Positions 50,837 through 60,451 of a stretch of 64,000 bases of DNA are shown here, piece after piece. How positions within the stretch are numbered: the first letter of the stretch is position 1; every line of letters begins with the position of its first letter. The translations under genes and the position numbers were made by a program. Location of the stretch: the IMG/VR virus record IMGVR_UViG_3300029305_003036, positions 2,332-66,331 of that record; one strand, written 5' to 3'. The notes under the pieces were generated by a model. That model was not told the origin of the DNA, did not search any database, and was given only the letters and a program-made list of their open reading frames with translations. The stretch is from a virus.

Positions 50837-51927
50837 ATGAAAAATATTTATGATATAATATCGGAACAAAAATCTATAATAGACATAAATATAGCTTCTT
50901 ACAATATAGATTATCTTACAAATTTCATACTTGAAAGTCATGACATATGTTATATAGAAGAAAGTTCTGGTGTAGTACAAAAAGTGATTGAATTTATAAA
51001 AACTCTAATCCGAAAAATAAAGGAATTAATTAATAAAGTTGTTAATTTTTTTACAGGTAAAAAAGACCTCGGCGATAAGTTAGAACAACAAATAAAAAAC
51101 GCTAATGAAGGTAAAACTGATGGTGGATCTAAAGTTGGTATAGATGATGAAGAATTAGATAAGATGAAAAAAGAAACTGAAGAATTACGTAAGAAAGCTG
51201 AGAAAAGAAGAAAACGATATGAAAATGAACAAAAGGCTGCTCCTAAAATAAAGGAGTTTAGAGATAAGCAAAAAGAAGTAATGAATAAACGAAATAACGA
51301 AAGACCAAAAGCTGCGGGATTAGAAGCAGTTCTAAAACAATCTAAACAAAAAGTAAAAATGAGATATTATGCAAAATTAGATAAAAAAATGGCTCTTTCC
51401 AATAAGTTTTTTGACGCTACTCAAAATGCTGCAAATAAAATGATGGCACGTAATAATACGTATGAATATGATATGTTAAATTATATAATAGATGGTGCAT
51501 TTAAGGGTCGAGGGGTAATAATGGAGATATGACTAGTGCACAACGTAGAGTTGAAAAACTGAGTATGGACGAACGTATTGCTTTGGAAGTAGGTGAAGAT
51601 TTCGGTACAGAACCTACTGATAGAAGTGTTTCAATAGAAGCTGAGACTATAGCAGGTTACGTTAAACAAGGTAATATTGCTATAAAATACCTACGAGGAA
51701 TGGAAAAAGAAGCAACTGAAGTTCTTAATAAAGCACTTAATAGAGTTCAAGGGTCGTTAAATACGGTGGATGGTGATGATAAAGGTGTTGCTGTTATACA
51801 AAGAACTTGTAGTTTCATAGCCCAATTTGTTAATGCTATGTGTAAAAGTATAGTACGTGCAAAAAATGATTGTGATGCGATAGCTACGAAAGTAGTTCAT
51901 GATTATGTTTCTGCAATGAGAGGATAA
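50837..51927 (+). CDS. Internal head protein-like (NIYD family), split by a frameshift near the G4 run 51512-51515
   Basis: True start is ATG 50837 (RBS, late promoter 50801-50812); both halves align with the paralog at 56354. Confidence 0.6.
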
Positions 51928-51928
51928 A

Positions 51929-51955
51929 AGAAGATAACCTTAATGGTTATCTTCT
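51929..51955. terminator. Bidirectional terminator
   Basis: AGAAGATAACC-TTAAT-GGTTATCTTCT between convergent genes. Confidence 0.75.
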
Positions 51956-51959
51956 CTTT

Positions 51960-54900
51960 TTATTTCTCATATATATCTTTAAGTTTTCTACTTAACTCAA
52001 CTAATAGTTTATTACTCATTAGCATCTTAGGAGCTGATGTTATACCCCTCGCTATTAATGAGTTACAACTTAATACTGCATCTATACCTTCTTCAGGTCT
52101 ATATAATGTATAAGCTTCTTGACCCTCTGGTATAACACTACCAACTATACTCTTTAATGCACTAAAGAATACTATTTTATCTCCTATACCCACTTCATCA
52201 TATACTTTAATATAGAACTCTATTAAAACTCCTTCATTTACAATAGCTCCTCTAAGCTTACCATTGTTAGCTTCAACTTTACCGTCAGCTTCATTAAATA
52301 ACATATTACATTTAACAACTGATCCATTTTTATCATATTTTTCTAATAATTTTTTTCTAGCTCTTATTTTACTATGATATTGATTTACTATTTGTCTTAA
52401 TGAAGGTGAAAGTTCCTCTAATTCAACAGTACAGAATACTTTTATATCTTCTATAACTCCTGAATATTTAGATTTAACTTTATCTTTACCACTCATTATA
52501 ATTTCTTCTTTAAATTCATCCCCAACGTTAAATAATAATTGGTTTATAGTTTCTTCATTGAAAGATTTTTCAAATCTAATTAACTCATCACCATTTTGAA
52601 CTTTATCCCCAATTTTAGCTATAAAGTCTACGTTAGTGTTAGGTCCTAACACTGCTTGTTTTTGCATAACAACTTCAGTAGCCATTTCTCTTGATAATTT
52701 TTTACTTATATAAGAACTATCTTCATATGTTAATGAAGAAGATAATAATGCTACTTTTTGTAATGAACCTATATTGAATCGATTACCAAATGCAGAGTTT
52801 TGACTAAAGAATTTATCTTCATATGCAAGTATATCATTTTTCTTAAACTTATCACCTTTCTTAACATTACTATTCATATGTTTAGAAATATTAAATCCAC
52901 CTGCACCATTCTTAGCTATACGGTTTATATCTATAGCATCATGTTGACCATTCTTATATTCAACTATTAGTAACCCAAGTTTTTCATCATATTCCTTTAC
53001 TTCACCGTCATCTTGTGCTACAAACACCCAGTCTTTTGTACAGTGATATTGCATTATTCTATCTGAACCATTCGATACTAATACTGGAGAAGATTTTGCA
53101 ACTGCAACACAGTGAGTAGATTGTCTACATGTCATTGTTGTTCTAGGACTATCATCTCCTAAAGCACAACCAGTTGTAAGCAATTCTGCTATACCAAATA
53201 AGTTAGCATCATTATACTCATCAACTTTTCCTTGTAATGCTTTATTATCTACAAATCCACGAGGATCCGTTATAGGTGGTTCTAGTGTAAGGAATCTATT
53301 AACTCCTACGTTAGCATCTGGAGAAGAAGATAATGTAAATAATCCAGTCATACCTGGATGGTAAGATCTTTGTTCTTCTGTATATGCTTGTGCTAAGTTA
53401 CATCCACTAGGACCTTTTCTTAAACACTTTCTTAAGTTTTGTTGTTCATATATAGGATTAAGTTCTGAATAATCCTCAACAGTTTGCTGCATCATTATTT
53501 CTTTTATAACAGCATCTTTTTTCATACTTATCTTAACAGGATTGTTAAAGTTTGCAGTTTCTTTATATTTTTCATACGCTTTAGTCACATTTTTATATAC
53601 TATAGCATTTATTACTTCTGCACATCTTATTCTTGAAACTGTTATCTCATGTGTATATTGATTATCGGCAAGTAACTCATTTCCATAAAGCACCATACCT
53701 GTTAAATCAGTTGGTAATGATAATCTTCTTAAAACATCCAGTGTCATAGGATCTATAAAGTTATCTATAAAGTTATCGAATGCGTTTGCTATATTTCTTC
53801 TACCAAACATAGTTTCAAATATACCCTGATAAACAAATTTATCATTTAGTTCACCATAATTATAATTTTTAGTAGGTATCTCAATAAACCCGTTCATTAA
53901 TAAAGATGTCGCTGTAGGTTTATTAGTATATACTAAATAACCATCTTGGAATTGTATACACCCTTCATTAGCTGCTAATCTAGGTCTAGTATCTGAGAAA
54001 TAGTGTTCTATTCCTGCACGTTTAAGAAAGCCATCTATACCTTCAAAATAGCATAATAATAATACTATAGGAACTTGTTTACTCATTATAGTTGCTCTAG
54101 TATACATATATTTTTTACCAGCTGATTGTTCTCCTACCTTATTTTCTAATTCAGATGATTGAGATAAAATGAACTCTATTAAAGTTTTTTTAGTAGTCTC
54201 TTGCTTACCTTGAGCATTAAGCATTACTACTTCATCTGTGTTTAAATTTACACAATAATAAACTCCACCTTTTAAACCTATAGGTAATAATTCTTTATCT
54301 AGTTTATCTTCTATTCCTTTTATTTTAGCTGCAGTAATCATTCCTCTTATTTCTTTTTGATCAAACATTATTCTTAAGCCATTTATATTTATTTCCTTAT
54401 ATAATTTAGATAAATCGTCATAATCTATAGTCGTAACAAAACTAGAGTTTTCTGTATCGTATTTACCTCTTTGTACTTTAATACCTTTTATATTTTCTCC
54501 TAAAGCTTTTTTAAGTTTTTCATTTATTGAAGAAACTTTTTCACCGTATCTTCTTATAAATATTTTATTATAGTTACTAACTAATTGAACGGTATCAGGT
54601 TCAACTTTAACTATTGGTAATAACAGTTGTTGATTATTTATGTATTTTCTGTTTCCTCCTAAATACATAAATCTACCATCTATTATCTTAGGAACATCAA
54701 AAACTAATTTATGTCTTACCCTCATTTCATCTTCTAATTCGATAGTCCACGTTTCTTTATAATTAGACATATCAGATGTATCTTCAACATGAACGTTTCT
54801 TACAAATACTTTTATCGACTTTTCATTCATCATTGTGAACATAGCCATTAAATCTTTTTCCATAAGTTCACTAACATATGCTTTATCTACATTAGGGAAT

Positions 54901-56099
54901 CTTATATCAGTCATATTTTTATTAAAAGTCTCTGCATGATCTGCTACATCATTAACAGGTACCTCTATATCCTCTGATCTTATTTTAAGTATTTCCTCAA
55001 TAGTTTTCCCTTTAACAGTTAGTTCCATTTGTTTTTCTCTTAATAGTTCATCTCTTTTACTAGATGCTGTCGTCTTAGCAATTCCTTTATTATTAGCCAT
55101 TAATATATCTTTCATTAAATCTTCATTTTGTTCTAATTCTTTCTTAACTTCAACTTCAGTCGCATCTCTTTTACCATCTAAAGTTTTTTCGACTTCTATT
55201 TCTATTTTATTTTTTATATCTTCAGGTAAATCACCTGTAGCTGCAAATAAATATTTATCCAATAACGATTTACTTATCTCTTCTTTATTTTGAGCAAGTA
55301 TATCATTAACATCAGCAGATACGCTTCCTTCCTCAGGATCTTGTCTATGTAATATTCTAAACACATTTTTTCTAAAATCCGAAGCTATATTCATTTTACC
55401 ATTTTCTTTAGCCAATTCTTTTTTACATTCCGCAGGGTTTACTCTTAATACATATCCAAATTTAGATGTTATTATTATATCTATATCACCTATATTAAAA
55501 AATTCCTCTGGTTCTCTTTTCATTAATATATACAGATAAGCTATTGGGTTTATATTATCCCCTCTATTATTAAAGTCTTCAACTAAATTTTTACTAAATT
55601 CATCTGCATATATAATCATAGTTTTCATAGGATATTTTTCAAGTGGTAAATCACTTAAATATCTACCTATAAAATTCCAATATTCTGAAGGTTTCGTAAC
55701 CTTTGTTATATTACCTGAGTTATTCATAAATATAGTATTGGCATTCACTAGATCGAAATAAAGATTGAACCCCATATTTAATTTACCTTCATTTATTCCG
55801 TTTATCATAGGTAATGATTGTTTTATTAGATCATAATGACCTTGTCTTTCATTCAATCTATTTTGATTTATCATTTTATTTTTCACTTTTATTTGTTCTC
55901 TTCTTTTCGAATAACACATTGTTATAACATTATTATATTCTATGTTAACTGTACCTAATTTATTTTTAAGGTCTTTAATATCCATTGTGTTCATTATCAA
56001 TAATGATCCATATCTTTTATTTTTAACATCATAATTTATTACCGGTCTAAGTCTTGAATATTTTAATAACGGTAATTTATTAGTGGTAATCATAAACAA
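51960..56099 (-). CDS. Multisubunit RNA polymerase beta-like subunit, probably virion RNAP
   Basis: SSSPDANVG; DDSPRTTM..QSTH; LTYEDS; GIGDKIVFFSALKSIV; DAVLSCNSLIARG; late promoter upstream. Confidence 0.85.
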   Translation of the reverse strand: MFMITTNKLPLLKYSRLRPVINYDVKNKRYGSLLIMNTMDIKDLKNKLGTVNIEYNNVITMCYSKRREQIKVKNKMINQNRLNERQGHYDLIKQSLPMINGINEGKLNMGFNLYFDLVNANTIFMNNSGNITKVTKPSEYWNFIGRYLSDLPLEKYPMKTMIIYADEFSKNLVEDFNNRGDNINPIAYLYILMKREPEEFFNIGDIDIIITSKFGYVLRVNPAECKKELAKENGKMNIASDFRKNVFRILHRQDPEEGSVSADVNDILAQNKEEISKSLLDKYLFAATGDLPEDIKNKIEIEVEKTLDGKRDATEVEVKKELEQNEDLMKDILMANNKGIAKTTASSKRDELLREKQMELTVKGKTIEEILKIRSEDIEVPVNDVADHAETFNKNMTDIRFPNVDKAYVSELMEKDLMAMFTMMNEKSIKVFVRNVHVEDTSDMSNYKETWTIELEDEMRVRHKLVFDVPKIIDGRFMYLGGNRKYINNQQLLLPIVKVEPDTVQLVSNYNKIFIRRYGEKVSSINEKLKKALGENIKGIKVQRGKYDTENSSFVTTIDYDDLSKLYKEININGLRIMFDQKEIRGMITAAKIKGIEDKLDKELLPIGLKGGVYYCVNLNTDEVVMLNAQGKQETTKKTLIEFILSQSSELENKVGEQSAGKKYMYTRATIMSKQVPIVLLLCYFEGIDGFLKRAGIEHYFSDTRPRLAANEGCIQFQDGYLVYTNKPTATSLLMNGFIEIPTKNYNYGELNDKFVYQGIFETMFGRRNIANAFDNFIDNFIDPMTLDVLRRLSLPTDLTGMVLYGNELLADNQYTHEITVSRIRCAEVINAIVYKNVTKAYEKYKETANFNNPVKISMKKDAVIKEIMMQQTVEDYSELNPIYEQQNLRKCLRKGPSGCNLAQAYTEEQRSYHPGMTGLFTLSSSPDANVGVNRFLTLEPPITDPRGFVDNKALQGKVDEYNDANLFGIAELLTTGCALGDDSPRTTMTCRQSTHCVAVAKSSPVLVSNGSDRIMQYHCTKDWVFVAQDDGEVKEYDEKLGLLIVEYKNGQHDAIDINRIAKNGAGGFNISKHMNSNVKKGDKFKKNDILAYEDKFFSQNSAFGNRFNIGSLQKVALLSSSLTYEDSSYISKKLSREMATEVVMQKQAVLGPNTNVDFIAKIGDKVQNGDELIRFEKSFNEETINQLLFNVGDEFKEEIIMSGKDKVKSKYSGVIEDIKVFCTVELEELSPSLRQIVNQYHSKIRARKKLLEKYDKNGSVVKCNMLFNEADGKVEANNGKLRGAIVNEGVLIEFYIKVYDEVGIGDKIVFFSALKSIVGSVIPEGQEAYTLYRPEEGIDAVLSCNSLIARGITSAPKMLMSNKLLVELSRKLKDIYEK

Positions 56100-56132
56100 C
56101 TCACCCTTTCATTATTTAATTCATTATTCGCT

Positions 56133-56144
56133 TACAGAATTGTT
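56133..56144 (-). promoter_or_regulatory. Late promoter of the RNAP beta gene
   Basis: AACA-ATTCTG-TA. Confidence 0.65.
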
Positions 56145-56154
56145 TTATCAGCTA

Positions 56155-56270
56155 AAAAACGATAAGTAAATCCTATACTCAGTCATAGAGTATAGGATAT
56201 TTTAAAACAATAACTTCAGAGGTAAGATGTTTAAGTAAGATGACGTATTTCCGTCCCCATCATTTTACTT
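56155..56270 (-). ncRNA. Candidate late small RNA
   Basis: Promoter AACA-AATTAG-TA (56270-56281) places +1 at the base of a 5' hairpin; ends in hairpin 56170-56198 and a T tract. Confidence 0.5.
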
Positions 56271-56353
56271 ACTAATTTGTTTTAGGCTATAAAATTTTAT
56301 AGAAAACAATTAATTATCAATAGTTGAATATTAAATTAAAGGAGAGTGTGCTA

Positions 56354-57374
56354 ATGAGAAATATATACGATATAATATCAGAACAAAAATCTGAAATAGA
56401 TAGTAAAATAATTTCTTACGAACTTGATTTTTTTTAATATAAGTTATATAAATAATCAGTATATACAAGAAGGTTTTGGCGACAATATTAAAGAGGCGGG
56501 TAAAAAAGTTATTGAATTTATAAAGGCGGTTATAGCAAAAATAAAAGAGATGGTTAGAAAAATGATTGATTTCTTAACTGGTAAAAATAGTCCTTCAAAA
56601 AGAGCCGATGCACTTAAAAAGCAAATAGACGAAGATTTAAAAAAAGTAGATGACCGTATGCGTAAAATGGCTGATGATGCTAATAACGTTGAGTATACAA
56701 CTACCGAGATTAAATATTCTTGGGAATTCAAAGGATCAGAAAAAGCTGAAAAAGGTACATATTATGATGATAAAATGTTTGAAGGACAAGATCTTACTAA
56801 ATTAGATACTGAAGATTATCTTAAAGCCTCAAAAAGAACAGTCGGTATGTTGAAATATATTCATTTTAATGAGAAAAAAGAGATAACAGAAAATTTCATG
56901 GATGCTGTATATGCTACTACTGGGAACTATTTACAAGATTACGATGTTGTAAATGATTTATTTGTAAAATCTATTGAAAAAACATGTTTTAAAGGTGCCG
57001 GAAAAAGGGCTAAAGGATCGTTAATCGAAAGACTTAAGATAGAACTTAATGAAGAATTTGAACAAGTTAAAGTCTCTGAAATAAATTATAAAATTATGGT
57101 AAGTTATTTAAGTGAAGACGAAATTAATAAATTCTTAAAAACTGTAGATAACACTGCAACTAAAGCACTTAATGATTTGAAATCTAAATTAGAGAGATTA
57201 CAAAATTCAGGGAATTCTGAAGTATCACAAAAAGATTTCAATAACGTTCAACAAGTTGTAAATATGGTTGGTACATTCATGCAATATATATCTTCAAACG
57301 TACTTAAAGCACATAGAGCTTTTACTAATATTTTAATACAAACACTAATGGATTTTCATAGTACGTATTGCTAA
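56354..57374 (+). CDS. Internal head protein-like (NIYD family) with a +1 frameshift at the T8 run 56428-56435
   Basis: AAGGAG RBS, MRNIYDIISEQKSEID; removing one T joins it to the 316-aa ORF; late promoter 56305-56316. Confidence 0.65.
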
Positions 57375-57399
57375 CATTAAAAACTTAACCAATAAATAT

Positions 57400-57581
57400 T
57401 ATTGTTTAATTAAATTATATTTCATTAAAACTATATAATTATTTATCAACATACCAACAACTTCTTAATGCAATAGCAATTAAGAATAAAGCGACTCCAT
57501 CTAAAGGAGGAGCGATTAAGAAGTTGTTAAAATATAAAATACGGAAAGGAAGATACGTTCACCTGTAGGTGAACGTATCTT
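57400..57581. ncRNA. Structured non-coding element, copy 2
   Basis: Stem AACAACTTCTTAAT/ATTAAGAAGTTGTT; inner GCGA-CTCC..GGAG-GAGC; 3' hairpin AAGATACGTTCACCT/AGGTGAACGTATCTT. Confidence 0.6.
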
Positions 57582-57592
57582 TATTTATATTA

Positions 57593-57625
57593 TGTAAAAA
57601 GGTAACATTTCAATTATATATTATA
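57593..57625 (+). promoter_or_regulatory. Early promoter of the RNAP beta' gene
   Basis: TGTAAAAAGGTAACATTTCAATTATATATTATA. Confidence 0.7.
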
Positions 57626-57684
57626 ATTATGAAAAATAATTATAGTAATAACAATTACTATATATCAAATAACTAGGAGGTAAT

Positions 57685-59742
57685 TTGTATATGAATAATT
57701 TTAATTTTGATTTAAACGAATATATTAACTTTGAAAATAAGATTCTAGAAGAAGTTGAAGAAACTTACGGAGGAGATAAGATATTTGATTTAAATAAAAT
57801 TATAAACAATTATGATGATTTTAAAACGATGTATGGGCATATCTATTATATATTGGAAGAAGGATTTGAAATAGAAACTATAAGAAAATTTAAAGTAAAA
57901 GTAACATTTGATAAAAATAATGATCATTTTATAGAAATGGAAATTAGACATCTATTAGTTAATATGATATTCTTAAGAGCTTTTGTAGAATTAGAAGTTG
58001 ACGTTGAATTAGATGATAGTTATTTATTTGATGCTAGAAAAATTTCAAATAAATATATCAAAAACTATATAGATGAAAAGATTATAATTCCATTTAGAGA
58101 TCAATTTACAGATACAGAAGAAAGATTTATGGAATTGAATTCTGTATTACACGATATAATTTATAGATTAAATAAAATACCAAAAGATTTTAATAGTCTA
58201 ATGGGGATAACTTTAAATTTAGAAAACAGTTTCATGAAAGTTGCAAAAGAAAATCCAAGATTTAATGAATTGATAAGAACTAAAATACCAGAAGATATGC
58301 AACCTAAAGATATAGAAAATTATCTTAATGATTTAATGAAAGAAGAGATAGAAATATTAAAATCTACAGAAAACTGTTTCCAACCAATGTTATTATCAGG
58401 AGAAGGTATTAAAGATCAACAGTTAAGAGAGTTTAGTATTAGTGGTGGATTAAAATCAGACCTATTAGGTAATACAATTCCAATACCTATAAATAGTAAC
58501 TTCATAGTTGGTGGATTTAGTAATATAACTAACTATTATATAGATGCAGGTGCTTCAAGAAAATCATTAATAGCTAATAAAGAGAAAATGGGTAGTTCAG
58601 GTCATATGGCATTATTAATGAAGTTATCTTGTGTTGGAACTTATATTAGTGAAGTTGAAGATTGTCATACACCACATACAGTTAAATTAACAATTCATGA
58701 TAATAAATTCTTAGAAATGTGTTCTGGAAGATATTATAGATTACCAGGACAAAGGGAATTTAAAATGCTTAAGAAAACAGATAAACATTTAATAGGAAAA
58801 ACATTATTATTTAGAGACCCTGGTAAGTGTGCTTGTAAAGATGGAATATGTAAAACATGTTATGGAGCTTTAGCTACAGTTAATAAGGGAATGGATGTTG
58901 GTATATTTGCATCTACAATAATATCAAGACCATTATCTCAAAATATATTATCAACAAAACATCTTAATACAACTAACAGTTGTCTTATAGAATTCAATGA
59001 AGCATTTGATAAATCATTTAAACTTGAAGCTAACCAAGTTAAAATGTTAAATGATAATGAAACAGATGTAGATTTAAATCAATATGAAATGGTGTTTGAT
59101 AATATAATACAAATTGATGAGTTATTAGATAATGCTGATTTTAATAAATTCGTACAATTTGTAAAAGTTAGAAATATAAAAGATCATGAAGAAGTTTATG
59201 AAATAGTAGAAAATGACGGAAAAGAATTATTTATTCATCCAGATCTAGATGCTATAATTAAGAAAACAACATCTAATGAAGATAATGAAATTCTAGTTCC
59301 ATTTAGTAGATTATCAGAAGAAACATTATTTACAATTAATATAGAGAACAACGAATTAACTAAACCTTTAAAAGAAATGGATAAATTATTAAACGGTTCT
59401 TATTTTAAAGGTTTAAATCCAACGTTGGATATGATGGAACAACGTTTTATAGAATTATTGATAGAATCTAAAATTAATGTAATGTCAATTCATGCAGCAA
59501 CTATTCTAAGATCATTTGTAAGAGATGTTAATGATTATTTAGAAAGACCTGATTTTAGTAAATTATTTGTGGATTATGTTGTATTAGGATTACACGCATC
59601 GTTATCAGACAATCCATCTATAACAAACAGTTTAGCGTATGATTATCTTAAATCACAACTATATACACATACAACATTTAAGAAATATAAACATTCACCA
59701 TTAGATTTATTATTTATGAAGTCTTTGTCTGATGTTGAATAA
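57685..59742 (+). CDS. Multisubunit RNA polymerase beta'-like subunit (C-terminal part), probably non-virion RNAP
   Basis: Bridge helix SRKSLIANKEKMGSSGH; CACKDGICKTCYG; trigger loop LSQNILSTKH; early promoter. Confidence 0.85.
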   Translation: MYMNNFNFDLNEYINFENKILEEVEETYGGDKIFDLNKIINNYDDFKTMYGHIYYILEEGFEIETIRKFKVKVTFDKNNDHFIEMEIRHLLVNMIFLRAFVELEVDVELDDSYLFDARKISNKYIKNYIDEKIIIPFRDQFTDTEERFMELNSVLHDIIYRLNKIPKDFNSLMGITLNLENSFMKVAKENPRFNELIRTKIPEDMQPKDIENYLNDLMKEEIEILKSTENCFQPMLLSGEGIKDQQLREFSISGGLKSDLLGNTIPIPINSNFIVGGFSNITNYYIDAGASRKSLIANKEKMGSSGHMALLMKLSCVGTYISEVEDCHTPHTVKLTIHDNKFLEMCSGRYYRLPGQREFKMLKKTDKHLIGKTLLFRDPGKCACKDGICKTCYGALATVNKGMDVGIFASTIISRPLSQNILSTKHLNTTNSCLIEFNEAFDKSFKLEANQVKMLNDNETDVDLNQYEMVFDNIIQIDELLDNADFNKFVQFVKVRNIKDHEEVYEIVENDGKELFIHPDLDAIIKKTTSNEDNEILVPFSRLSEETLFTINIENNELTKPLKEMDKLLNGSYFKGLNPTLDMMEQRFIELLIESKINVMSIHAATILRSFVRDVNDYLERPDFSKLFVDYVVLGLHASLSDNPSITNSLAYDYLKSQLYTHTTFKKYKHSPLDLLFMKSLSDVE

Positions 59743-60031
59743 GATTGGAGGAATCATGGAAGAGAATAATAGAGAGATGTTAGAATTCATGGTAACAGTG
59801 CTGTTGGCAGATTATGATATGATGGGGCTAATAACTTATGGGGATAAACCTTATAATGAATATGCCCCTGAAGCTAGAACTATAATAAGATATTTAGAAG
59901 AACATAATTACGAGGTTAAATTAGATACATTGGCAGATCAAATTCAATATATATTTGAAGTATGGTTTAACTTTGCACCGCCTATAAGACCTTGTATATT
60001 GATAGCTGATGAAATAAAGAAAATGATATAA
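59732..60031 (+). CDS. DUF1871/YugE-like protein
   Basis: DYDMMGL..NEYAPEA..IQYIFEVWF; start probably ATG 59756. Confidence 0.5.
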   Translation: MLNKIGGIMEENNREMLEFMVTVLLADYDMMGLITYGDKPYNEYAPEARTIIRYLEEHNYEVKLDTLADQIQYIFEVWFNFAPPIRPCILIADEIKKMI

Positions 60032-60056
60032 GTTACTGCTTTGCAGTAACTTATAT

Positions 60057-60389
60057 TTGATTATTAGAGGAGGGTATATGATGAAAGATAATATAACTGA
60101 TTTTAATAAATTTAAAGAAGATAAGCAAAAACGAGATGTAGATAAGTATAATTTAGAATTATTAATGAAAGTTCTTGCTAAAAATGAAAAAGATTTGACT
60201 GATGGCGAAAAGTTTATATACAGTCAAATAAAATTAGTATCTTCATTTATAATCAAAGAAAAATATACAATGGGAATTATAGAATTTAGAAATGTTTTAT
60301 ATCTTATAAATGCAACACCGTATGGAACATTTGAATATTTAGGAAAAATGGATGATGTTATATCCAAATATATGGAGTGGAATGAATAA
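60057..60389 (+). CDS. Hypothetical protein
   Basis: GGAGG RBS suggests a start at ATG 60078. Confidence 0.6.
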   Translation: MIIRGGYMMKDNITDFNKFKEDKQKRDVDKYNLELLMKVLAKNEKDLTDGEKFIYSQIKLVSSFIIKEKYTMGIIEFRNVLYLINATPYGTFEYLGKMDDVISKYMEWNE

Positions 60390-60451
60390 CCTTATGGTTA
60401 TTCATTTTTTATCCAACATATAAATATAAGATGTAACGAGGAGGTAAGAAT

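Noticed and set aside
45022-56437. Stop-codon reassignment as the cause of broken genes
   Set aside because: The breaks change frame rather than being in-frame stops; TAA, TAG and TGA all end genes normally
5950-57581. Duplicated element as a CRISPR array or IS/MITE ends
   Set aside because: Only two distant copies, no repeat-spacer periodicity, no cas or transposase gene, no target-site duplication seen
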